DNA of 63,836 bases, filler included, from Reclinomonas americana ATCC 50394 (taxonomy: Eukaryota): NCBI GenBank assembly GCA_048213135.1. It is 5 parts of 4 records of this genome, joined end to end, with 100 filler letters (N's around TTAATTAATTAA, not from the genome) between each part and the next. Parts side by side here need not be neighbours in the genome. Positions count along the whole stretch, not along the records: positions 13,202 to 37,304 come from PS015457.1; 4 more parts are not named here. One strand, 5' to 3'. This document shows positions 15,031 to 27,900 of the stretch, piece after piece (position 1 is the stretch's first letter; the number at the start of each line of letters is the position of its first letter). The translations under genes were made by a program, and so were the position numbers. The notes under the pieces are model-generated. The model worked only from the letters and a program-made list of their open reading frames with translations. It had not been told where the DNA came from and did not search any database.

Positions 15031-15482
15031 TGAACTCAATGCACACATATTGCACGTTTGCGACGCACTCGTTGACGCCGGCTTGTGCACAGCCGTACAG
15101 AAAACATGAAAGAGCAGAAAATAGCCACACTCGCACACATGCGCATAATGGGGGACATGGCGCACTACACATTATTGATGCGGCCAAACGAGACACATTG
15201 CATCACACACAAATGCGAGCGGATCACCACAAGAGAAGAAAAGACAGGAGGGCAAAAGGTGCACGGTGCGCGCGACTGTGCTGCGCGTGCGCTGCGTGTG
15301 TGCGTGTGCGCGCGCGCGGACATGAGGGGAAATGGTGCAGCCCACTCCACGCACACAGTATATACTCTCGCCCACAATCTCGAACATGCAGCTGTATGTG
15401 TGTGGCAAAGGAGGACACCCATGTATAACAGCACACGACAGCGCAGCACAGCAATCATGACAGTGAGTTAGACAACACACTT

Positions 15483-15524
<42 letters not shown>

Positions 15525-15808
15525 TCTCTCGGTGACGGTTGGTGCAAGCTGCCGCAGCATTCATGGCGGTGTGTGAGAGAGCGTGTGTTCGCACACGCGA
15601 GTGTGTTGTGCTTCTGAGCGGTTGGGTGCACGAATGACGCACGACCCAGCTGCTTGACTGGAACCCACACACAAGCACGTGCGCACTCCACTATATGCGT
15701 GTTCGAACCTGCTTCACTGCTGCCGATAGCCGCCACCGTCAACAGGAGCACACATATCACCAGTGTGCAATGTGCCGCACATGCCGCAGTCGACGCGCGC
15801 AAGATCAT
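1..15808 (-). CDS. Giant secreted/surface protein with at least 6 tandem modules of [FN3-like N-half + NHL beta-propeller + FN3-like C-half]; multi-exon; 3' end runs off the window
   Basis: Many exons encode NHL blades (VSTVAGxxGxxGxxDGxGxAARFNxPxGxAVD...YVADxxNHxIRK) joined in frame by GT-AG introns. A signal-peptide exon at 15808-15709 (MILRASTAACAAHCTLVICVLLLTVAAIGSSEA) is phase-compatible with the acceptor at 13662. The gene spans N gaps and one linker. Confidence 0.85.
1190..3325. repeat. Near-identical copy of the module at about 9215-11365, introns included
   Basis: Long exact matches at an offset of about 8.03 kb, e.g. 2581-2870 vs 10611-10900. Confidence 0.95.
9215..11365. repeat. 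Near-identical copy of the module at about 1190-3325
   Basis: Direct sequence comparison of exons and introns. Confidence 0.95.
13146..13157. other. Artificial six-frame-stop scaffold linker
   Basis: TTAATTAATTAA flanked by 44 N on each side. Confidence 0.97.
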
Positions 15809-15888
15809 GAGTGAAAGATTGATTGAGTGTGCCGACACAGCGCGAGCACCAATACATCTTCTATCGATATCGCAGCGCACAATCTCCC

Positions 15889-18800
15889 TCACAGAACCCC
15901 ACGCGGAGAATCGGCGGCTGCTTGCCCGTCGGCACCATCGACCTCCTCCTCTCTCATTGGTCCATCGATGCGCGTAATGGTGCCATCCTCCACGCGAAGC
16001 ACATAGTCGCAGAGTGACGGCGGCACCATCACGTGCGAAATCGTGAGCAGTGTCGCGCCGGTGTCGTTGCAGTACTGCGCGTGTGTGTGTTAAAGCGAGA
16101 GCAGAGTGTGACCACACGCACATATACACACGCAAACACACACACACACATGAAGTCCTCTGCTCTTACCGTCTCCAGTGCAGTGAACACCTGTCTGGCG
16201 TTGGCCGGATCCAAGCCACTGGTGGGTTCATCGAGAAGCAGAATACTCGCGCGACGGAGGAATGCTCTTGCCAGTGCAATGCTGTGAGAGGACGACAGTT
16301 TTCGGTTTGGCAAACTCTCTTCGTGATCGTCTCTCTTGCCTTCCGGGAAATCCCACTCGCCCACATCGCTTCGGTCTTCTTTTCTGCCCTCTGTTTCTTC
16401 CATTTGTTCTTCTTCTTCCACATATGGCGCGCTCTCTCTCTCTCTCTCCATTCTCTTTCTCTTTCTCTTTCTCTCTCTCTTCTCTTCTTCTTCTTCTTCT
16501 TCTTCTGTCTACTCTCTCTCTCTCTCTCTCTCTCTTCGTACTTCGTCTCTTCTACGTCTCTCTCTCTCTCTCTCTCTCGTCTCTCTCTCGTCTCTCTCGT
16601 CTCTNNNNNNNNNNNNNNNNNNNNNNNNNNNNNNNNNNNNNNNNNNNNNNNNNNNNNNNNNNNNNNNTCTCTCTCTCTCTCTCTCTCTCTCTTCTCTTCT
16701 CTCTCTCTCTTTCTCATTCTCTTTCTCTTTCTCTTTCTTTCTCTTCCCTCTCCTTCTTCTCGTCCCTCTACCCTTCCTCCTCTCCTTTCTCCTCACCCTT
16801 CTCTTGGCCTTTTCTCTTCGCGTTCTCTCTCCTCTGCTTGTCTCCTTGAGTCTCTGTTTCTCTCCCATTCTCTCCATTCTCCTACTCTCTCTCTCTTCTC
16901 GTATCCTTTGTTCTCTCTTCCCCCTTTCTTCCCCTCTCTTCCCCCTTTCTTCCCCCTCTCCTCCCTCTCTCCTCCCTCTCTACACCTCCTGCGGCTGTCT
17001 TCGCCTCCTCTCTTCTCCTTCCTTCTCCCCTCTATCCTCCTTCTCCCCTCTATCCTCCTCCCCTCCCAACCCCTCCACTCACCGCTGCTGCTGCCCGGGA
17101 CTCAGCTCACCACCCTGACTGGCCACATTGACGTCCAGCACCGTGTCGTACCCATCTCGCTTCGCCATAATATCATCGTGCACCGACGCTCTCTGCGCGG
17201 CCGCCACAATCTCGTCACGGGACGGCACACCCGCCTCCGGCGGCAGTCCGTACGCAATGTTGTCGGCAATGGTGCCCTTGATGATGAACGGCTCGGTGGA
17301 CATTTGTTGTACAAAGGCAATGTTGCGTCGGAGGAACCGCACGTCTGTCGGCAGCATCTGTGGAGAAGAGTGGCGGTGAAGTGAGCGCACTATTTTTCTT
17401 TGAGTGTATGTGGGCATCGCATGCAGTTACCATGTCTGACGTCGAAAAGCCGGCGACTTTTACCGATCCGTGATCCGGTCGGTAGAAACGAAGGAGCAGA
17501 CCGAAGAATGTCGACTTGCCGTGCCCGCTGGGACCAGCGACCACGACGCGGTCACCCATGCGAATTGTCACATTGGCGTCCCTCAGCACCGGTCGCTGCA
17601 CGAGAGGTGGTGGTGAGTCGCTGACAAGAGTGGGAGAGCTGAATGTGCAAGCTCACCTCGATGTGTTGTACGTTGCCATACTCGTCGATCTCCTCCGTCG
17701 CATACTTGAACGTCACGTTGCGCAGTCGAATAATGGGGTGGCCGGCAGCAATGGTTGACGACGACGGGGGTGTTCCTTGCTTGCTGGACGACGATCCAAT
17801 GCCAGAGGCACTCCCAGCAACCAACATCTTTGGTATGCTTTCCTGCTCACGGGGAGACACACAGCGCGGCAATGAGTTACAATGACAGCGTTGAATGCCA
17901 GACAAGTAACAGCACCGCAGGCAACGTACTCCATTAGCCGGCGGCGACATGAGCAGAGTGAAAATGTTCTCCACTCCTCCCAAGTGTCTCATCAGCGAGG
18001 AGTAGCTGTCGCTGGACATGCTCACCGCGTGAGTGGCGGAGCCAGAGATGCCTGCAACGAAAGAGAGACAGGATATCCATGTCAGCTTCCACCGCCACAT
18101 GAACAGACACTTTCACATCAATAAGCATCTGCCAGTGATCGCCTGCAACTCATTCTCGACATCGACAACACACTGAAACCGTCTTAGTTGAGACTTGAAG
18201 GTGCAGAGAACAGAAAACTTGTTGGTAATCACTGCTTGATGCTCATTGTTGTGTATTTAGCAGTGGAGTTGTCGGTGTTGAGAATGAAATCCACTTCTCT
18301 CCACTCTATGTCACTCACTGATATTGCTCTCATCTCACTCTCACAATATCCACATTTGCATATCATATATCGCCACGCTCTCATCTAGATCTAGATCTGT
18401 GTAGACATATGCATGCCAACTTCTTTGATTCATCCACACTGATTGTTTCGCTGGGAGAGAGAGGAGAGTAACGAACACAAAGTCGAGGACACCAGTGACG
18501 ATTGTTCTGTTAGCTTTCTCTCTTCTGAAAGCCAGCTACCTGGTCGTTACTCAACTGTAGTGATCATCAAAACTCTCTGCGCAGTAGACGAGGAGTCTGA
18601 CTGTGGACAAGATGCAATATAGGAGCTCACACAACAAGTAAACAGTCGTAACTCTCACTCTTTCTCTCCCCCAATCCCTCCCTTTCTGCCTCCCTCCGTC
18701 CCTCTCTCTCTCTCTTTCCATCTCTCTCTCCCACTCTCTCCATCTCCCACTCCATCTCTCTCTCCATCTCTTCCCCCTCCCTCTCCCTCTCCCTCTCCTT

Positions 18801-21800
18801 CTCCTCCCATCTCCCTCTCCCCATCTCCCACTCCCCATCTTCCTCTCCCCATCTCCCTCCCCCCCTCTCCCTCTCCCTCTCAGACCTTGAAACGCAGTCA
18901 TGTCGCCGAGAGACAGGTGCCCGCGAACAACATTCCAAATGAGCACAAACTGACTGATGAGGGTGACGGCACCAGTGGCCACCATCACAATGACGTTGAA
19001 GACGGTGGAAATGGCCAGCATGCGGTTGGACACCTTGGTATGCTCCCAGCAGGTGTCCTCGTAGCGCTTGGACTCGGTGGCCTCTCGTCCGGTGCTGCGG
19101 ATTCCGCGGATGCGCCGCAAAATGTCGTCGGCTACGTTGGAAGTCTCGCTCTGGGTCTGTACATGTTCCGGGATGCAGTGGTGAGAGAAAACATTCATCA
19201 CACATGCTGCTGAGGTGAGCGAGAGGACGTGATGACTGCAGTGTTTCTTCTCCCTATCGCGATCGATTCGCTTCTGTTAAATGCCTTTCTTTTTTCTCTC
19301 TTCTCTCTCGCAAGCCCTTCATCACTCTATTCTACTTTCCCTTCCACCCCCTTCTACCTCGACGCAACATTATAGAAGAGCTGCGACAAACCCCGGTGTC
19401 AGCACAGTATAATGGCAGGAGGCAAAGCACATTGGTGAACACTCACAATGGTTCTCTCGCCGAGCATCTTGCCCTCAACGAGCGAGACGCACACAATCAC
19501 CACAAATGCAACGTAGAACCCCTGGTGGAAATCAGCACTCGATCAGCACCCCCCTCTCTGGCACCGCCCAATGCATCCAGACACTCGACGTACGAACCGC
19601 CGCCATGGGAGGGTAAATGGTGAACATGATAACGGAGCTGCTGATGAACACAAAGAGTGGCTGCACCATCATGTAGAGTGCGTTCGGAATGCCGCACAGC
19701 TGCTCCATGTTGGTGACTCTGCCAGGCGAGTGTATTGTCTGTCAGCAGCAGCGGGAGTACAACTCATGCACAATGACTTGCTTCCGCAACAGTCGGGTGA
19801 GCAAGTCGCCCTGGTGAGCCGTGTGGAAGAAGCTCATACGTTGACAAAGCAGCACATCTACGAATCGGGTCTTCGCACGTTGCATGACCTGTTGAGGGAG
19901 AGCACTGCGCGTTCAGTAGTGGAAACCATGACTTCACTGATCGCAGCGCAATGATTTCTTTCAGTGGAACGAGCAGTCACCAACAAACGGGGGCTTCAAC
20001 AAGCAAATAAAAGAAGAACGAGTAGGTAACAAATACTATATATGTCGGCTGCTCGTTCTTCACTTTTAAAAACCATAGCATCAAAACATACAGCTACTCT
20101 TCCCCGACCAGTGCTTATGTGTTTTGCCTAGTCTTCGCGTGCCAAGGTCATTGTTGGCAAGGGATCTGTGGGCATTTGTCACGACGTTGCAATGTGGCGC
20201 AAACGTCCACAAAATCCTTGCCGTCGATGACCTTGGCACGCCAACAATATCTTATCACACTGCTTCCTCATCTCCAACAGTCATTCTCCCTTTCCAAGTA
20301 ATCACCAACAAGCCTCGTGTGCTCTTCTTCCACTTGTAGCTGTACATGTTGACTCTCCCTCACTTCGCCCTTCCTCACTGCTACCCCTAAACACTCACCA
20401 CATTGTTGATGTACATCGACAAGGTGACTGCAATCGTGCCAGTGACCTCTTTCAAGATGACGACTGCCAGCCACGCTAGCAGCTGGCCCTTTACGTTCTG
20501 CCAGTCACGCTCACTGTGCCATCACAGTCGCCAGCGTCATCAGTACGTGAATCTAGAGGACTCAAATCATCACATCGTCATCGCAACGCAACGCAGTGTT
20601 GTCGGTCCTCTCCAGCTCTTGCTGAACGGCTGTCACAATCTTGCCAATGAGGAGCGTATCAATCTGCTGCAATACCACTGACACCGTGCTGAGAAACATG
20701 AGCGTGATAAGAAGCCACTTCTCCGGACCGAAGAAACGCAGAACCCGCCACAGGAGCTTCAGGACGTGTTTGACGCTCATGCGCTGCTCGACGTCGTCGT
20801 CGCGACAGCCGAACAGGACGCAGCAAGAGTTGCAGCAGCCTCCTGTAGTCCCCGGAGTGCCTTGCTCGGGTGCCTGCGGCTGAGCGGCGTTCTGTTTGGC
20901 GAAGAGTGAGTTTTGGTGACAAGCGCATTGGTGTGGTGACTGTTACTTCCTCACCGACGGCGTCTCTGGCGATTGCGCGGCGGCCTCCGGGATCATGGTT
21001 TGGTGCATGGCGTACACGAGTGCACTAGGCGACACTGGTGACTGGACCGCGGGCGAAGGAGGACCATCCTCCTGTTGGCGTACTGGAGAAGCAGCTGCTG
21101 GACTAAAGCGAGCAGAAGTAGGTCTGTCAGACGCACGCATCGCGACCGATACTGGCCGCTGTGAGTGGTAGCGGTCGTCCGAGTGCTGCTGACCGCCGTG
21201 CAAGTGCTGCACTGGCATTGGCATGTACACTGGCTGAGCTCGCATGTAGCCATCGACTCCACGCACAGTGCGTGCCGGCATGGCGTTCGACATGTTGTAT
21301 CGCAGCAGCTGCAGCGAGTTGATCAGCTGCTCGAGATTCTCGTCGACCCGATCGCGGTTTTCCACGTCAGCGTCCGCAGGGGGCGCGTCGTCGTCGAACG
21401 AGACGGCGGTTGGCGGGGATGGCGATCCATACGGGCTCGGCGCATTCACCCCGGGTGCTTCGTTCCCAGAGAGCCCCTGTGTGCGTACACCATATGCTCG
21501 TGAGTTCGCGTGCATATGTAAAGGTCCACGAGCTTCTGTGTGCGACTAGTGCCAGAATACAGAGATTGTGAAAGCAAGCATGAAGGGCAGCAATCATAGG
21601 GTGTTGTGCATGAAGACTGCAGGCATTGCTGCGTGCACATGACAATGATGCGCAACTTGTGAGTGTCGGTCGCGAGAACCACGAGCTCGAGGTGGTGGCG
21701 GAGGGAACCCTGAGGGGTCGGATATGGCCGCTGCACCGGCGGCCGCTGTTCAAGTCACACGAAAGCACACAGCGCATTGATGAGGCACAGAATATCGAGA

Positions 21801-21891
21801 GCATTATTTGTGCTGCGTGAATATCCACACACGCACCACCACTGCCCCCTCCTCTCGTGTTTTTCAACACTTCTCCTGCCGACATGGACAT
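15889..21891 (-). CDS. Half-size ABC transporter (TMD-NBD, ABCB-like) with long low-complexity N-terminal extension; multi-exon
   Basis: Walker A GPSGHGKST (about 17530), RNIAFVQQ Q-loop, signature LSPGQQQR (about 17100), Walker B ILLLDEPTSGLD (about 16230) and TISH H-loop. TMD exons include LLCQRMSFFHTAHQGDLLTRL and GHLSLGDMTAFQ. Start codon uncertain. Confidence 0.9.
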
Positions 21892-23203
21892 TTCTCCAGT
21901 GTGCAGCGTGTCTGTTTAACACACACTGACTCACACACACTCACACGAGCAGCTCTCTCTGTTGTCGAATTGAATTGATAACGTGATAACAGCTAGCTGC
22001 CTGCCAGCTCTTCTTGTCCGCCTCCCTGGCTTATCGATCGCCTCCGCCACTTCTTTCATATACGAGCCACCGGCAGCAGTGGTGGCGTTGCACAGTGCAG
22101 AGCAAATGCAGTAGAAGAGACTGAGAACCTTGACGCATTGAAATCGGAGTGGTGACGGATTCAATGCGCTTGCGCTAATCTGTTGCATGCTCACAATAAC
22201 TGGCAATCTCTCATGATCAGCGGCGAAGGGGTGGAGGATAGGTTGGCAGTCGTGGTTGCTGCTGCTGTTGCGGCGGAGCCACCATGTTGGTCACGACGTT
22301 CAAGCCGAAATCGAGCATCGTGTGGGAACCGGAAGAAGCAATGGGACGCGGTGGTGGCTCGTACGCCCTGACGCCACCAGCTCTGCTTGCGCCGCCGCCC
22401 ATGGTCTGCTCTGTTTGAGTGGTGAAAAAAGACTAAAGGACGGAGAGCGGCGCGTATATTGTCCGCTATTTTTTCAGCCACAAGAATGATTCATGGCAGC
22501 ACTGCAACTGGTGGAGCGCATGAATCTAAGACCTCGAGTCAAGGACACACACGAGAGAGACATGAACAGGAAGGTGAGAACGCTGCGATGTTCCTGTTCT
22601 TATCCGTCTTCGAATTCAACTGGCGTGCTGCAGCTGCCTTGCAACCGCAGTTGCAGAGTCATGCCTATCGACATCCATGGACGGATGGCTTTTTCCATGG
22701 CGAAGGATACATTTCCGAAAGCCAATGACAGAAGAACAAGAACACGGCACTGCGAAAGCCAACAGTACCAGTGTGCGGAGAACGACAGGTGGACATGGAA
22801 CGACCATCGGCTAGTACAGCACAGGCCCCCCCTGAGGACGTCCAATGGGTCCCGGTTTCGGGAAAGGCAGTGGGTGAGGGCGGCCCACAATAGGGCGCGG
22901 ACCAACAATCGGACGCGGCGGACGTGGGGGATCTTTCGGATGGTGGTTCATGGCTAGTTGACACAGACAAAAGGGTGCGCTTGCTCACACGTGCAAGAAA
23001 AAACAAGAATAAACAGGACAATCAAGAACAACTGGCTGAAACCAGGTGTTTGTCCGACGACACTTTTACAGTACTCAATACAGAAGTTCTTCCTGAAGTC
23101 TACAAGCTAACAAAACAGTCTCTGAGCACCAATCTCTGCAAACACCAATCTAGTCTACATTCCATCATTCTCAGCATTCTCAACTCCCAGCACAAGAAAC
23201 CAC

Positions 23204-24951
23204 CTAAGACATCACCGCACGCGACGGCGGCGCAAACACCGCAGCGGCAGCAATAGCAGGAGCACGCAAATGCTGACGACTGCGTGCATCTGTATCGCCA
23301 CCCTCCTGTTCATGCGCAGTCGAGGTAGGTGTGGACGGCAACTCGAGAGGTGTCAACACAAGGCCTCTCGAAACGTGACCATGCATTGGCGACACTGGCG
23401 AGGACGGAAGCGGAGGTGGTGTGAGCGGAAGTAACAAAGCCGGTGGCGACGATGGTGACCGTGAAGCAGAATGCAACAAAGGCTCCACGCCACTCGCGCT
23501 GACCGGACTGACACTGTCGAACTTGACGCGCGCACTCTCAAACTGCCGCTCGTGCTTGTCGCGCAGCCGCTTCTGCAGTTGCCGCTTGCGCAGGAACCAC
23601 AAGAGCAGCAAAAGTAGCAAAAGGAGAAACAGCAACGGCAGGACCACGCTGAGCGCAATTGCCCAGTTGGCGAGTCCGCGACTCCCTCCGCTGCTGCTGC
23701 TGCTGCTGCTGGTATCTGTTGACGACGTCGAGATCGGACCTGACGGCGAAAAAACGCGAGAGAGCTGTGTCAGTCGCTGCGCGACTCGTGTGCACTGCAC
23801 ATGTCACGAAACTCTGCAGTGTGAACTCGGCACTCCGTGCGACCACCGATGGCTGATCGGCATCCATCACCGTCGCCTGCCAAGTCAGCAGCAACAAGTG
23901 AGTGTGTCCGTTTGAGAAAGAAGAAGAGAGCAGAGCACAGCAAATGTCACCTGATAAATGAGGTCCTGACTGGCAAGCGACGAGGCTGCCGAGAAGCTGA
24001 TGCTGTTGAACACGTCGTCGGCAGCAGCGCGTGAACTCGTGCTGTTGCTCTCCGCTGTGTTGACACATTAAAAATGAGACGAAAAGTCCACCTCCAACCG
24101 ACAGAAACAGCGTGGACACGCAACTGCACGTCGATGTAATGTTGAACGCTACGATCCAGAAATGCTGTGCACTGGCACCCGAAACCACCACGTGATTGAG
24201 GCTGCCAACAACTGCAACGAAATGATATGCGGCGAGTTAGTTCACGGAGATCGCGACAGCATGCAGCGCGGCAGCACGCCACGAAACTCGCAGTCGACGG
24301 CAGGCCACTTTCAGATGACGGACTCGTCGTGCCACTGCCAGTGACAATCGCAGTCGAGTTGCGCGGGTTGGCAGTGAGCAACACATGCACGCGCTGCGAG
24401 GCCGCGGCTCGACGCAGACACTGCCACTTGAGTGTGTAACCGTCCGTGTACTCGAGCACCGGAGTCGTCGTCGTGTTCGTGTTCATGACGGGTTGCAACG
24501 GAGGAGCTGCGGGGGAAACCAAACAGAGTCAGTGAATGTATCAATGGATTGCAGGAGAGGTATTACAACAAGAGGTGGTGGCACGATGCGCATGAAGACA
24601 CCATGCCGTGCTCACGTCACATACTCTCCAACACATCAAGAAGACACAGTGGAGCACTGAACACGAAGTGGTGGCACGAGGCAAGTACAAACACCAGACG
24701 GTGCCTATGCCAACGTCGATTGTGCCTTCAATCTTACTACATCTCGTCCTGCCGCACTTGCCTCGTTCACCTTTCCTCTCATTGTCTCTCAGCCTCCATT
24801 TTCCTCCACCTCACCGCCCTCCCACTTCCCCATTACTATCCCTCCTATTATCGAATGCCTAACTCGTACTAAATTTCGTGCCTTCCCCGCCACTCCCTTC
24901 CTCCCAACTCACCCAACACTGACAGCACATCNNNNNNNNNNNNNNNNNNNN

Positions 24952-24983
<32 letters not shown>

Positions 24984-27900
24984 CACAAAGTCGCCACTGT
25001 TCAATTGCTGCAACACAAAAACTGAGTTCCATCCTGCATTAACACACGCACGCCTCTTCCCTCTGTCATGAGGTGAGCGACTCTGCACTTCACTTGCAGA
25101 CAGAGAGTACATAAACACACTCATCTCTTCCCCCTCATCATCGAAGAAGCAAAGGGACTCGCTCTGCAGCTCCTTTCTTTCTGCGTCCCCTATCTCCCCT
25201 TCATTTTCCCTGCAAACTCTAATGCGCTCGATTTTCTCTTCTCATCCCTCCTGCCGCACTCTCCGCCTCCCTTTAGCGTACACTCCTCATGCGCCTTCCT
25301 CTCTTTCCACTTCCCCTGTTCCCCTTCCCCTCTCTTTCCCCTTCCCTCTCCTTCCTATTCCCCTCTCATTCCCCTTCCCCTCTTCACCCTCTCCTCATCA
25401 AACTCACGTTGCACGGCAAACGCCAGCGTCCTCAACGCCACGTTGCGCAGGTTGTCATACACCTCCACCTGATACGTGTCGGTCGTCACCTCGGCAGGCA
25501 GCGTCCACACATACACGTTTTTCGCGTCCCATTGCGGTGAACATCGCACCGGCGACACCACCACCGTCGCCTCCACCGCCGACGAGGTGAGGCTGCTGAC
25601 GGCACGAATCAAGCGCAGCTGCATGGACTGTGTGGCGGGATTGTTGCACTGCCAGCCGACCTCGATATCCTCACCGGCCACCACCACCGCCACGTCGCCA
25701 TCGGCCGCCCGCACTGACGCATTGCGCAACTGCGTGCGATACAACTGCGGTACCTGGATGGCCGCCGACTCAGCACTGGCGCGCACCGCGTCACGCACGA
25801 GTAGACCGATAGGCTGCGATGGCAGTGTCGCGTCGACACGCCAGTCGAACGCAGTCACCGGTGACGCAAGGTCGCACACAAACGGATCGATTCGGCGCAC
25901 AACAATCGTCGCTCCAGATGACTGCCGCGCAATGACCTCCACTGCCGTGATTTGCGGATTGCCAAAACACTGGAAGCCGACGCGAATCAGTTCGCCGGTG
26001 AAGATTGGCGTCGTGCTGCTGATCACTGGGTACACCATGGCCAGTGCACGACGAACTGTCACGCTGACACCGTCGAAAACCGTGGTCGGCGACGAACTCA
26101 ACTGCACTCGCAGTGCCCACACGCCTTCAGTAGTCGTCGCTGGAGTAGCAAAGGACACGGTCGGCCAGGTGGCACCTGCCGTACGCGGATGACATTCCAG
26201 CAGCGATGCCGTGGCGAGAGCGACAGTCGTCGTTCCGCCGCCACCCACAAGCAGCACATCAACATCGACCGATCCACTCACGCTGTCTTGCACGCACTGC
26301 ACCGTTGCCTCGTATTGGTAGTTGTGATACAGGACCGTGCCGGCGGCAGGCGACGTCATCGTAAACGTCGGGTCTGTGAGATGTGTCAGCAAGATCCCAC
26401 ACGTCCATCAGCACCACCTCAGAAACTCACCAGACAAGACAAAGGCCGACGACGTGGCAGTACGTGCAAACGAGCCACCGTCCGTCCCCGTCACTTGCAA
26501 TACGTATGACACACCAGTCGGCTGCGCACCGACGACAGCCGGTCCCACCGTCAATGCAGTTCCTCCAAGCGCGCATGTCACCGCCTGTGAAGGCACCACC
26601 ACAACAGCAGCGCCACCTCCAGCCGGCAACACAGCCACACTGACGGCAGTCACCGACGGCAGGTTGCACTGCACTTGAAGTGTGATGGCGCTGACCTCAA
26701 ATGCTGTCGACGGTGTTGTCCACGGTAGCTGGAGAGACGTCACACTGAACACGGACGCTGTGCATGACGACCGAGTGAGAAGGTCAATCAACTGCTATTT
26801 TCTTCAGTCGTGCTCTCTCTCTTCTCTTCTCCCTCTCAATATATCTGCTCTCACTCTCTTGCCTTCACAGTCTCTCTCTCACTCGCATCCCGCGTCTGCG
26901 GTTCGATGTCGTCTCGCCTTTGTATGCTCTCTATTCTCGTCCGTCATCAGACGTTTCCTCGTTGCTCACTCCCTCCCACTCTCTCTCCCTCTATATATCC
27001 TCTCTATCTCTCTTGCTTTCTCTCTAATTCGGCTCCCGCATCTGCTGTTCCAATGCCGTCACGCCTTGTGTGGCTGTCTGTACATACCGCGATCTCTGTT
27101 CTTGTTCGTCATCGGGCATTCCTCCTTGCTCTCTCTCTCTCTCTCCCTCTTCTTCTCTTCTCCCTCTCCCGCCGTCACTCACTCTCTCTCTCTCTCTCTC
27201 TCGCATTCTTCTCCCACGTCTGCGGCTCCGTTGCCGTCTCGCCTTTGTGTGCTCTCTACTCTCGTCCGTCATTAGGCGTTTCCTCCGTGCTCTCTCTCTC
27301 TCTCCCCACANNNNNNNNNNNNNNNNNNNNNNNNNNNNNNNNNNNNNNNNNNNNNNNNNNNNNNNNNNNNNNNNNNNNNNNNNNNNNNNNNNNNNNNNNN
27401 NNNNNNNNNNNNNNNNNNNNNNNNNNNNNNNNNNNNNNNNNNNNNNNNNNNNNNNNNNNNNNNNNNNNNNNNNNNNNNNNNNNNNNNNNNNNNNNNNNNN
27501 NNNNNNNNNNNNNNNNNNNNNNNNNNNNNNNNNNNNNNNNNNNNNNNNNNNNNNNNNNNNNNNNNNNNNNNNNNNNNNNNNNNNNNNNNNNNNNNNNNNN
27601 NNNNNNNNNNNNNNNNNNNNNNNNNNNNNNNNNNNNNNNNNNNNNNNNNNNNNNNNNNNNNNNNNNNNNNNNNNNNNNNNNNNNNNNNNNNNNNNNNNNN
27701 NNNNNNNNNNNNNNNNNNNNNNNNNNNNNNNNNNNNNNNNNNNNNNNNNNNNNNNNNNNNNNNNNNNNNNNNNNNNNNNNNNNNNNNNNNNNNNNNNNNN
27801 NNNNNNNNNNNNNNNNNNNNNNNNNNNNNNNNNNNNNNNNNNNNNNNNNNNNNNNNNNNNNNNNNNNNNNNNNNNNNNNNNNNNNNNNNNNNNNNNNNNN

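Noticed and set aside
13755..17118. Long ORFs rich in RE/SL/X in the ORF track
   Set aside because: They are translations of (GA)n/(CT)n microsatellites and N gaps.
20515..20592. Possible microexon ATTCAC in the ABC transporter
   Set aside because: The acceptor CACAG|TGAG restores the frame without it.
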